39,062 bases of DNA, taken from NCBI RefSeq assembly GCF_001194135.2, contig NC_068981.1, positions 17,354,787-17,393,848 on the forward strand, in the 5' to 3' direction. Origin of the DNA: Octopus bimaculoides (Eukaryota). The position numbers and the translations under genes are program-made. The notes under the pieces are model-generated. The model did no database searches. It worked only from the letters and a program-made list of their open reading frames with translations, and was not told the origin of the DNA. Numbering within the stretch: the stretch's first letter is position 1; every line of letters begins with the position of its first letter. Positions 10,950-20,680 of the stretch are shown here, in pieces.

Positions 10950-11404
10950 GATTTCTTGCCAATAGAGAAAGAGCCGGTTTTAAACCTAGATCCAAGCCTC
11001 CTTCATTGAAATTTCAACAAAATCAACAGGGTATTTTTGTATGTATCTATGTATATGCACAGTATTTGGAGTCAGTATTTGTTTTGTTTATGTATTCTCG
11101 TGTATATATAGTCGCATATCTAGACATGCTCATATATACTTCTGGAAAGTTTTACGGATTTTTACAGTTCCAGTGATGTCTTGGATCAGTAGCCTTATTA
11201 ATATTTTGAGAAGCCTAATTTTTCAAGATTGGCACTTAGGTACCCCAATAATTACAGGTATAAACCTGAACTTGCAGTCTGAATAGAGTAACTCCAAATT
11301 TCCCAACAGCTCAACGTTGGTATTTTCTTTCTTGCTGATCTTTAACTTATGTTAACATTTGCTTGGCAGCTGATCTTCACAACTGTGTACAGTTTCTCTT
11401 TTCT
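10950..11404 (-). mobile_element. RLE-type (R4/NeSL-like) non-LTR retrotransposon 3' relic
   Basis: Minus frames: KEKLYTVVKISCQANVNI / LKISKKENTNVELLGNLELLYSDCKFRFIPVIIG / LEKLGFSK / ITGTVKIRKTFQK, matching the restriction-like endonuclease C-terminus (..C.....N....K...Y..L...IPVIIG). Confidence 0.72.
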
Positions 11405-11543
11405 ATGTATGTATGTATGTATGTATGTATGCATGCATGCATGCATGCATGTATGTATGCATGTATGTATGTATGTATACTCCTTAACCTAGGTTTTAGC
11501 CGACAGTCGCTTTAAAGAAAGTCCACGAATTAATCCAGAAAAA

Positions 11544-11859
11544 GTGAAGGCTTAATGGTTAGGGCATTAGGCTCACGATCATAAGGTCATGAGTTCAATT
11601 CCCAGCGACGCGTTCTGTCCTTGAGCAAGACACTTTATTTCATGTTGCTCCAGTCCACTCAGCTGGCAAAAATTAGTAGTACCTGTATTTCAAAGGGCCG
11701 GCCTTGTCACACTCTGTGTCACGCCGAATCTCCCTGAGAACTACGTTAGGGGTACACGTGTCTGTGGATTGCTCAGTCACTTGCACGTTGATTTCACGAG
11801 CAAGCTGTTCCGTTAATCGTATCAGCTGGGACCCTCGTTGTCGTAACCCACGGAGTGCC
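11544..11859 (+). mobile_element. Family-C tRNA-headed CORE-like SINE flanked by a 65-bp or longer direct repeat
   Basis: GAGTTCAATTCC B-box, TCCTTGAGCAAGACACTT CORE-like segment, 3' end GGAGTGCCA; flanking repeat at 11479-11543 and 11941-12005. Confidence 0.92.
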
Positions 11860-12324
11860 ACGTATGTGTATATGTATGTATGTATGTATGTATGTATCCT
11901 CTGTGTGTGTATGTATGTATGTATGTATGCATGTATGTATACTCCTTAACCTAGGTTTTAGCCGACAGCGGCTTTAAAGAAAGTCCACGAATTAATCCAG
12001 AAAAATTAATTGGTTACCCACCCCATTTCTTTTCCCTTAATATCAACAGCAATATAAATAAAACTATTCCTATCCCTTCCAGATAAATACTTTCTGGGAA
12101 ATTTTAGATACATGAAGACTTCTAACAGAACCTGTAAACAAAACCAGGTAGAGTTGCTCCCCGAACTTGTAAATAATTATCAACATCGAGCCGAGTAACT
12201 ATAATACTCAAAGCTGTTTGTTTCTAGGAACCAAATCATGTCCTTTAAACGAGTCATGCAACATGTATGGAGCTGAGGTGACCACAACAATTCCACATCA
12301 GTCGAGAAGAATAAATACATAAGT

Positions 12325-12496
12325 AGCGTAGGTATGTATGTGGTAAGAGGCACGCTTCCCAACCACATGGTCCCAACCACATGGTTCCATATGGTTCAGC
12401 ACCACTAGGTGGTACCTTGGTCAAGTGTTTTCAACTATAGCCTCAGGCCGACCAAAGCTTTGTGAGTGGATTTGGTAGACAAACTGAAAGTTCGTC

Positions 12497-12531
<35 letters not shown>

Positions 12532-12773
12532 TTTCTGTCTGTCTGTTTATATGTATGTGTGCATGTGTCTGTGTTTGTCCTCCATTACCGCTTGACAGCC
12601 GGTATTGGTGTGCTTACATTCCCGTAATTTAGCGGTTCGGCCAAAGAATCTAATAGTAAAAGATATTGGGCTTTAAAAATAACACTAGGGTCGGTTCATT
12701 TGACAAAAAATTCTTCAAGGTGGTGCCCCAGCATGGTCGCAGACTAATGACTGAAACAAATTAAAGATAAAAA
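12325..12773 (+). mobile_element. Family-A SINE
   Basis: Aligns to 13025-13447; small local duplication CCAACCACATGG; internal (TG)(GA) microsatellite. Confidence 0.9.
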
Positions 12774-13024
12774 GGGGAAGTATGATTGGATGCAAATTCA
12801 AGTAAGGGTTCTTCGTAACCACACATTTCCTTCAGTTACAGGGACAGACGGAATCCAAGCAATTGGGCAGCCATGTTTGGAAATTTTAATGTAGATGAGA
12901 TAAGGAGGAGAAGAAGAAAAATAAATCCTATCAGCAAAGTTACACTGGATAAGACATTTCGAAAAGTGTGAGAGCTATTTGTAGAAGGTATATTAATAAA
13001 AAAAAACAAAATATGAAAAATATA

Positions 13025-13447
13025 GGCGTAGGAGTGGCTGTGTGGTAAGTAGTTTGCCTACCAACCACATGGTTCCTGGTTCATTCCCACTGCGTGGCAC
13101 CTTGGGCAAGTGTCTTCTACTATAGCCGTGGGCCGACCAAAGCCATGTGAGTGGATTTGATAGACGGAAACTGAAAGAAGCCCGTCGTATATATGTATAT
13201 CTATATATATATATGTATGTATGTATGTGTATATATTTGTGTGTCTGTGTTTGTCCTCCCAACATCGCTTGACAACCGATGCTGGTGTGTTTACGTCCCC
13301 GTAACTTAACGGTTTGGCTAAAGAGACCGATAGAATAAGTACTAGGCTTACAAAGAATAAGTACTAGGGTCGATCAGCTCGACTAAAAGACGGTGCTCCA
13401 GCATGGCCACAGTCAAATGACTGAAACAAGTAAAAGAGAGAGTAAAA
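13025..13447 (+). mobile_element. Family-A SINE, full length
   Basis: GGCGTAGGAGTGGCTGTGTGGTAAG head, CACCTTGGGCAAGTG, internal (TA)/(TG) tract, tail GCTCCAGCATGGCCACAGTCAAATGACTGAAACAAGTAAAAGA. Confidence 0.95.
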
Positions 13448-13479
13448 GTGAGTATTAAATAATAAACTAAAATCTAGAA

Positions 13480-15170
13480 AACTCTAAGCATACTGGGATG
13501 GAGGACATGGAACGACGACACTCAGTCCAGTAAGAAATACAATGGATTAGAATGGAATGCATTAGAAATATGCAATAGCAGTGTTGGTGTGAGCCTCTAT
13601 AGCCAGGGAGGAATATTCAGCAACGCAGTAAAGACTATAAAAACCAGAGATCTCCCAAAACTATCGACTTATAGTATTTTATAACCGACTGATTGATAAT
13701 ATCTTGCTGTAGAAGCAGAATTGGTATGAAAATGGGATAAATGGCTCAAAAGAACAATACGTGTAAATCGGGAAATTTTTATAGACGGTTAGATGAGGAA
13801 ACAAAAGTTTCATGAAATACATTGATTACGAAAAGCTTACCACACTCTCAGATATTGGGAGAAACCGATTAATATATACATTAGCTACATCGTACATGGT
13901 ACATCAAAGTGAAAGTAACAATATCACTGCTAGGAAATGAGGTTATTAATGTCAATCCAATGACCATTAAAAGAGGGGATTTTCAAGAAAATCTTTATTC
14001 TGTCTTCTGAATGAAAACCATCAATAGGTATAAATGTTATAAACAAATTTTAAACTGTTTACGATGGACAATACCCAAATGGTTAACTTACGAAACATTG
14101 TTTATGAATTCAGCTTGATATATAAAATGGTATCGCCTACACAAATCTACCAATGCTACTCTAAGTAAAAGGACATATTTTAAAACTGAGGACATTAAAT
14201 TAAATTCAGACACTGAAATAAGCAATTACAAAAGACTCGTCTTTACAGGTACTTAGGGGAAGATGAACCTCTTTCAGATACAATAGTCAAATATGAAGGA
14301 GAAAAATGAGGAAAAACTGCTATAAGATGCAGACTATTGTTAAAACTGGATTCAGGTTTAGAAATACGGTAGTGATCTTAGTTTTAATTTTTAGCATTAA
14401 TATAAACAAATTGGAAGTGAACTGAATTTTTTAAATAGAAAAACTATAAAACTATAAAAGCCCATTATGTTAAGTATGATATAGAAATCATATTCCCACT
14501 GCACCAACAAATAGGGAGAGATCTCATACAAAGAATTATGACAAGGTAATCACATTAGTTAAAGGAAAATATTTTAAAACAAAAAAGAAGTAAACTTAGT
14601 TTAAAAATGAAAAACGAAAAATTGTTTTTTTTTTATATATATATAAATGATTGAACAAGAAATTATAAGCAAGAAACTAATTACAACAAAGAAGAGGTTC
14701 AGGTAAGAATTTAAAAAACTCAAATTAAGTAAACAACAAATGATAAAATCTAAGCAGAACGACAAAAAAATACCAAAAGGAGATCAAAAGACGGAGATCA
14801 AGGCAGTAAAAGACATCAAATCTACTTTGCCAGATATCGCTATGAAAGACACTAGGGAATATTCAATACACTCAGATAGACATCTCAACACATTCTATCC
14901 AAAACATCACTCAGAAGGAAACCAAAAAAATATTAAAGACCTCAAAATCGAAATAACTAAGACATTTATGTGAGATTAGAGTTGTTAGCAACAATAATTA
15001 GCTCAGTGGGATTAATTAAAAATGAAAGCAAAGACAAAAAGGATAAAAATCAAAGCATAGCCCGAAAACGAAATGTACTTACAAGCTCCCTCATATGTTC
15101 TATTGAATACATGTTTAATTCAATAGCACAACTTGCACGGCAAATATTCTACATGTTCACCACCTAAGAC
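13480..15170 (+). mobile_element. Heavily decayed R4/Dong-like non-LTR retrotransposon (RT plus RLE)
   Basis: Ordered motif relics across frames: NYRLI (13659, cf. NYRPI), GSKEQ (13743), IDY.K-AY (13821), IKRG.FQ (13966), MD (14064, cf. YMDD), RYLG (14247), PDIAMKD (14830), KY..DLKIEI (~14928-14955). Confidence 0.75.
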
Positions 15171-15329
15171 AATAATACAATTCACGTGATGGATATTCTT
15201 CTCAATCACCCACAAATACTACAACACAACTTAACTCATAATATACATTCCAATACTATAACACAACTCACAACCCTACATAATCACGCGCCCATACTAC
15301 AACACAACTCACACAACGTAATAATTCTA

Positions 15330-15452
15330 ATTTTGACACAAAGCCACCAATTTTGAGAGGAGAAGGAAGTTGATTACATCAACTCCAGTACTCAGCTGGT
15401 ATTTATTTTATCTCTCTGTACAGGAAGAAAAGCAAAATCCGCTTCGATGGTA
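15330..15452 (-). mobile_element. Family-D SINE fragment, degenerate
   Basis: GATTACATCAACTCCAGTACTCAGCTGGTATTTATTTTATC is the reverse complement of the family-D GATAAA..AAGTACCAG...CTGGGGTCGATGTAATC core. Confidence 0.7.
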
Positions 15453-15622
15453 GAGCACAACATATAATCATACGTCAACCTATACTTTAATACAAGTTAC
15501 TTTAGACATTCTATGCAATCACCAACCTAAAACACACTGCACACCACATACAACCCAAATACTCACATCCACTTCATACAACTCACTCAACGCATGTTCT
15601 ACACAATCGTTTACCAATATCA

Positions 15623-16048
15623 AGCGGAAAGCTGGCAGAAACGTTAGCACACCGGGCGAAATGCTTAGCGGTATTTCGTTTGTCTTTACGTTGAGTTCAA
15701 ATTCCGCCGAGGTCGACTTTACCTTTCATCCTTTCGGGGTCGATAAATTAAGTACCAGTTGCGTACTGACGTCGATGTAATCGACTTAATCCCTTTGTCT
15801 GTCCTTGTTTGTCCCCTCTATGTTTAACCCCTTGTGGACAATAAAGAAATAAGAAACGTTAACACGCCGGGCGAAATGCTTAGCGGTATTTTGTCTGCCG
15901 CTACATTCTGAGTTCAAATTCCGCCGAGGTTGACTTTGCCTTTCATCCTTCGGGGTCGATAAATTAAATACCAGTTACGTACTGGGGTCGATCTAATCGA
16001 CTAGTCCCCTCTCCAAAAATATCGAGCTTAGTGCCTAGAGCACAAAAG
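15623..16048 (+). mobile_element. Family-D SINE dimer inside one 16-bp TSD AATCGTTTACCAATAT (15605-15620 / 16049-16064)
   Basis: Two monomers with different tails joined at ...AAATAAGAA|ACGTTAACACGCCGGGC (~15855). Confidence 0.92.
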
Positions 16049-16076
16049 AATCGTTTACCAATATTAGAAGACAACA

Positions 16077-16163
16077 CATTAAGTACCAGTTGCGAACTGG
16101 GGTCGATTTCATCGACTGGCTTCCTCCCCAAAAATTTCAGGCCTTGTGCCTAGAATAGAAAAT
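16077..16163 (+). mobile_element. 5'-truncated family-D SINE with 17-bp TSD AATATTAGAAGACAACA (16060-16076 / 16164-16180)
   Basis: ATTAAGTACCAGTTGCGAACTGGGGTCGAT...GGCCTTGTGCCTAGAATAGAAA. Confidence 0.9.
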
Positions 16164-16183
16164 AATATTAGAAGACAACATAA

Positions 16184-16380
16184 AGCGTCGAGCTGGCAGA
16201 ATCGTTATTGCGCCGGACAAAAATGCTTCGCGGTGTTTCTTCTGCTTTTATGTTCTAAGTTCAAATGCCGCTATGGTCGACTTTGCTTTTCATTCTCTCG
16301 AAGTCAATAAAATAAGTAGCAGTCGAGCACTGGGGTCGATGTAATTGATCTATCCCTTTCCCTTAAAATTGCTAGTCCCG
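16184..16380 (+). mobile_element. Family-D SINE, older copy
   Basis: GCGTCGAGCTGGCAGAATCG head, TAAGTTCAAATGCC B-box, CTTTCATTCTCTCGAAGTCAATAAAATAAGTAGCAG core. Confidence 0.85.
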
Positions 16381-17070
16381 TTCAGTGGAATGTTGTGATT
16401 TCGATCACTTATACGTCATAGAAACGGGGTAGCCAGCTTTATAAGTCTTGGGGCTCAAGAAACTTTTGTTTTAAATCAACAACAGCTATGTGTGTGATTA
16501 AAACCATCGTTTTTTTTTTTTTGGAATACATACGAAATCACAGACGCAATAACAACTTACACCCTCAATCTCCCAAGTGGTTCACTTATAGACGCGTTGC
16601 AACAGTTTAAGCATAACACAACCTTTACAACGTTTCGTAAATCGATGGAGGCCGTGATCTTTGCCGGAACTGGTGTTTTTTTTTTTTTTTTTACTTAGTC
16701 GGTCAATTCCTGAAAACCATTGTCTGAACTGCAAAAGATACTTCAGTTGATAGCATCTCACCTTCCAAACTGAAAACAATTTTTTCTGTTCGTTTTCCAA
16801 ACAATGTTCTACCAGCGACGCAGAAACTTCCTTCCGCATCTCAACGACGATGGAACAGTCTCAGCTGTATTCTTGCAGAGAAAACTTTACTTTTTCTACC
16901 CATTTTTTGCCCAAATCCATCCTACATACACTAGAGAAATTTCCTCAAAGAATACCTCATTCTACTTAACCTAACAATGTCCTGAAAATGTTCCCTCCCC
17001 TTCCGTCAAACAAACGCTCATGAGCTATGCTTGTTGCCTTCCTTTCATCCAACTTTTAAGTCTTTCACGT

Positions 17071-17078
17071 TCTCTTTC

Positions 17079-17130
<52 letters not shown>
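17071..17130. repeat. (CT)n microsatellite
   Basis: Direct read. Confidence 0.95.
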
Positions 17131-17134
<4 letters not shown>

Positions 17135-17234
17135 CTTTCTTTTCATTCTTTCCTTCTCCCTTCCCCCGAGATAATCCTCTATTTAGTCCCATTCTCCCCT
17201 GCTTCTGCTAACTATCGTCTATCATACTTACAGT

Positions 17235-17560
17235 GTCTCAAAAGCGAGGGAGTTGGAAACTTACAACACCACTCTCCAAAATTTTGAAACTCTCTCCCTT
17301 CTGAATAACCGCCAATGTGACTTCTGTAAAGCCAAGTCTGCTGGATACCCACTCTCCCATGTCACTTGCCTCTAAGATCTCTCTCTTGAGAAATTTGGTG
17401 AAAACAGTGTCCCGCTCGACATTAGCAAAGCTTCTTACATGTAAAACGCTTTGTAAAAACTACCTGTATATAAGCGCCTTCCAGTCCTCACATCTTGGAG
17501 CAGTGCTTTCTCTCAGGGCATGTCATGTATGTTAACAGAGGCTCTTTTACTCTATCTGTC
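17235..17560 (+). mobile_element. Decayed APE-type LINE reverse transcriptase fragment (CR1/L2/Jockey group)
   Basis: LLNNRQCDFCKAKSAGYPLS...FGENSVPLDISKAS, cf. RQ.GFR..RST.DLL...FG...V.LDISKAFD. Confidence 0.7.
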
Positions 17561-17737
17561 TTTCAGAACGCTAATGTCATATTGTTGCTGTCTAACTCTT
17601 TGTCTTTATTGATCTCATAGACCTATGAACAAAGACGTTCCACTCATGACCATAGTGTTTTAATTTCAGACATAGTATATCTAGGAATACACTGACAAAT
17701 ATGTTCTGTCTTGTTTAAAACGGTTAGACCTACATAT

Positions 17738-18134
17738 ACTCTTTTACTTGTTTCAGTCATTTGACTGTGGCCATGCTGGAGCACCGCCTTTAGTCGAGCA
17801 AATCGACCACAGAACTTATTCTTTGTAAGCCTAGTATTTATTCTATCGGTTTCTTTTGCCGAACCGCTAAGTTACGAGGACGTAAATACACCAACATCGG
17901 TTGTCAAACAATTTTGGAGGGACAAACACAGACACACAAACACACACACACATATATATACATATATACATATATACGAGGGCTTCTTTCAGTTTCCGTC
18001 TACCAAATCCACTCACAAAACTTTGGTCGGCCCGAGGCTATAGTAGAAGACACTTGTCCAAGGTACCACGCAGTGGGTCTGAACCCGGAACTATGTGGTT
18101 CGTAAGCAATCTACTTACCACACAGCCACTCCTA
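17738..18134 (-). mobile_element. Family-A SINE, full length
   Basis: Reverse complement of the 13025-13447 type. Confidence 0.95.
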
Positions 18135-18891
18135 ACATATATGGGAGATTTAGCTGCGATTTCTAGCAGATCCACTTAGCAATATTCCTATATACACTAG
18201 CCAGTTTTGAGTCTAAACTTTGATAATTCTGACTGAATTGACTCTTTATCTTCAACAAAATTTATTTCAGTTTGTAACCTAATTCGAGGTCTCAAGCTTC
18301 TTTATAATAATTCCTAACTATTTACCAAGCCTTCTCTTTTTATATATATTAAACCTTGAATTCTTGTTTAAACTTAAAGCAGTGTGAACTCGTCATATTA
18401 GAATCAACCTTATTCGTTGTTAATCTTCAACTTTCCTTCGTGTCTTTAATTGCATCATTCTGGTTACTAATCCCTGGTTCCAACTTCCGGTTCACTCATA
18501 TTCTCAAGGGAAATTAAGCGTGTCATTGCATCAATCTTTTACTGGAATTTATTTTCAATGATGTAAGGGACGAGCTAAACACACATGATTACTTCAGTTG
18601 CTGGAAGATTTCCTTAATGACTTTGCTGATGCATTCAAGCAAAATCTTAATAGTCTTGCATAACTGTGTTTATGTGAGTGTGTGAATGTGTGCAACTGCT
18701 ACATGTCTTTGGAAGTATATGCAAGCGTGTGGGCCTTTCTGCGCATGTGTGTAAGACTCTGTGCATGTGTCTGCGTGTATTTACTGCGATCGATTGAGAG
18801 GTAGGAAAACGGACATAAAAATAGGCATACACATAGAATGAAATAGATATCAACAGAGAAACGTTTAAAGACATATGTAGAGACAGAGTGG

Positions 18892-18892
<1 letters not shown>

Positions 18893-18964
<72 letters not shown>
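18893..18964. repeat. (GATA)n microsatellite
   Basis: Direct read. Confidence 0.95.
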
Positions 18965-18965
<1 letters not shown>

Positions 18966-19002
18966 TGCTTTGTGTTTGTGTATATATATATAAATATATA
19001 TA

Positions 19003-19196
19003 GTTAATAAAATAAAGAGAAAAAGACAAGGAAAAACAACAACACTTCGACATGGCGTATGCAAAGTATTAAAAGACGCTTAGAGAAGGAAAGAAAGGGT
19101 GTTTTACGTTTCGAGCAAAAGCTCATCTTCAGAAACAGGAGACAGAGGAAAGTCCAAAAGAAAAGAAAGACGGAGGAAAAAAAATCGCCAACAATC

Positions 19197-19197
<1 letters not shown>
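19003..19197 (-). mobile_element. ~195-bp PLE pLTR-type repeat between (TA)n and (CA)n(TA)n tracts
   Basis: Shares ACGCTT...TTACGTTTCGAGC....GCTC.....CAGAAA with 31520-31710 and carries a hammerhead fold. Confidence 0.65.
19100..19137 (-). ncRNA. Minimal type-I hammerhead ribozyme (PLE type, palindromic helix III)
   Basis: Minus strand: UGUUU CUGAAGA U GAGC-UUUU-GCUC GAA ACGU A/AAACA. Intact core, 5-bp stem I, 4-bp stem II, ACGU palindrome, predicted cleavage after 19105. Confidence 0.82.
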
Positions 19198-19254
<57 letters not shown>

Positions 19255-19258
<4 letters not shown>

Positions 19259-19465
19259 CGGTGATGTATTTGCATAGCAAGCGACCTGTTCTGAAATTGT
19301 GTGCTGGAACGAAAACAATTGCAGCGTGGAAAGTGTTTATAAGCCATTTAAGAAACACACAAAAACCGTTAGATTCACTTCAACATTTAAATTTGATTTG
19401 CCAAATATTTTCGTCGCTTTGAGACCGTGACCTGTTCACTGACAAAATTCTATGCAGCATCTCAT
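19255..19465 (-). mobile_element. ~210-bp repeat-like unit flanked by (TA)n on both sides, carrying a hammerhead-like fold
   Basis: Unique-looking unit bounded by TA tracts at 19213-19253 and 19464-19472; single copy in this window, so repeat status is inferred. Confidence 0.5.
19397..19446 (-). ncRNA. Hammerhead-like motif with G3:C8 core swap
   Basis: Minus strand: UUUGUC A GUGAACA G GUCAC-GGUCUCAAA-GCGAC GAA AAUAUU U/GGCAAA. Confidence 0.5.
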
Positions 19466-19719
19466 ATATATATGATCCTCGTTAATCTTTAATGCTGTAA
19501 TTATAAATATTATATACACCAAACCTTGTAGATAACACAATGTGAAAAGTTGCTCTTTCGTATCCTGCGTTGCTCTGTTTCTGAATTAACTGTTCAGTCC
19601 ACACATATCTATATAAGTAACATGTAGATATTACAACATACTGTTTTAAGTGATGGCTTCACTATAAATTAGACATGTGATTCGTTGGTTTACAGTACTG
19701 ATTTCTAACTCTTTAGAAG

Positions 19720-20055
19720 CCATGGTTCTTCTAGAAACAGCAGCCAGCCAAATATCCCTTAAATCACATATTATTCTTTGTAAAGACAGGGCGATCAGAT
19801 GTGGAATTTTGTTTGATCATAGGAATACTCAATAAGAGCTGATTCGGGGCTAACCAACCAGCATCTAGACCGCGTATCAACCAGGAAATTCTCACTGTGG
19901 CTTAGAAAAGGCATTTAAACCGCCCTCGGCTCTCATCATACAGGTTTTAAAAAAAAGTTAGAGGACACATTGGTTAATGTAGTCCTGAATAGTCATGGCT
20001 AGAATGTCTTTGATAGCAGGCCTGTTCTGTCACGGCTGAAAGGGAACTAAACAAC
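19720..20055 (-). mobile_element. Two fragments of an unclassified interspersed repeat (family Z)
   Basis: Reverse complement matches 20478-20680 (TTTAGCCC..GTCAGCC..GAT..AGCAGAC.TATGATCAAAG; GATTT.GCTGCTATTTCTAG); related pieces at ~435-475, 2455-2650, 17600-17720, 18140-18180, 24690-24750 and 37885-37930. Confidence 0.65.
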
Positions 20056-20077
20056 ATCAACAACAACAACAATAACA

Positions 20078-20150
20078 TTCTTGACCACATTCAAAAGAAA
20101 GCCATTCATATGATCAATGCGCAAGGCTCATTCACCATCATTGTACAACA
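20078..20150 (+). mobile_element. Small LINE RT C-terminal relic
   Basis: LDHIQKKAIHMIN, cf. LDRIQRKAIRLI of CR1/L2/Jockey-group ORF2. Confidence 0.4.
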
Positions 20151-20197
20151 GTTAGTGACTGTACGTGTCTATGCATATGTGTGTACGTACTGCAGTC

Positions 20198-20233
<36 letters not shown>

Positions 20234-20477
20234 GGCAGGCAGGCAGACAGAAATGCGGACTGACAAACTGGTACTCCACAGTATGAAACAATTTGAAAAG
20301 GTCACAGGAAGTAGTTATACTCCCATAAAGTAATTTAGTTCAACTCCACCGGAATGTCCAGTATATCCAGAAGTATTGGCTCCCCTTTTTTATCACTGGT
20401 AGCAATAGACTAGGTCCTGGTGGAGGTGGCGATGGCAATGTGGTGGTGTGGGGGTGACAGTGATAATAATTTTTTTA

Positions 20478-20680
20478 TCTCTAGGTCAGCCTTGATCCAG
20501 CAGACTAATGATCAAAGAGTCTCCAATCGTGACCATACCATCGTTTTGTTTTTCTTATGCAACATTTATCTGGTATGACATTATCCATTGTCTCTCTCAC
20601 CTCTTTTTTCTTACATAAGTAGGTTGTGATTTGAGATATTTAGCTGCTATTTTTAACAGATCGAGCGACCACGTTAACAT
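20478..20680 (+). mobile_element. Unclassified interspersed repeat (family Z)
   Basis: GGTCAGCCTTGATCCAGCAGACTAATGATCAAAG...GATATTTAGCTGCTATTTTTAACAGATCGAGCGACCACGT recurs in the window. Confidence 0.65.

Noticed and set aside
18590-18663. Possible terminal exon LLEDFLNDFADAFKQNLNSLA*
   Set aside because: Weak acceptor, an alternative frame is equally open, and no recognisable family.
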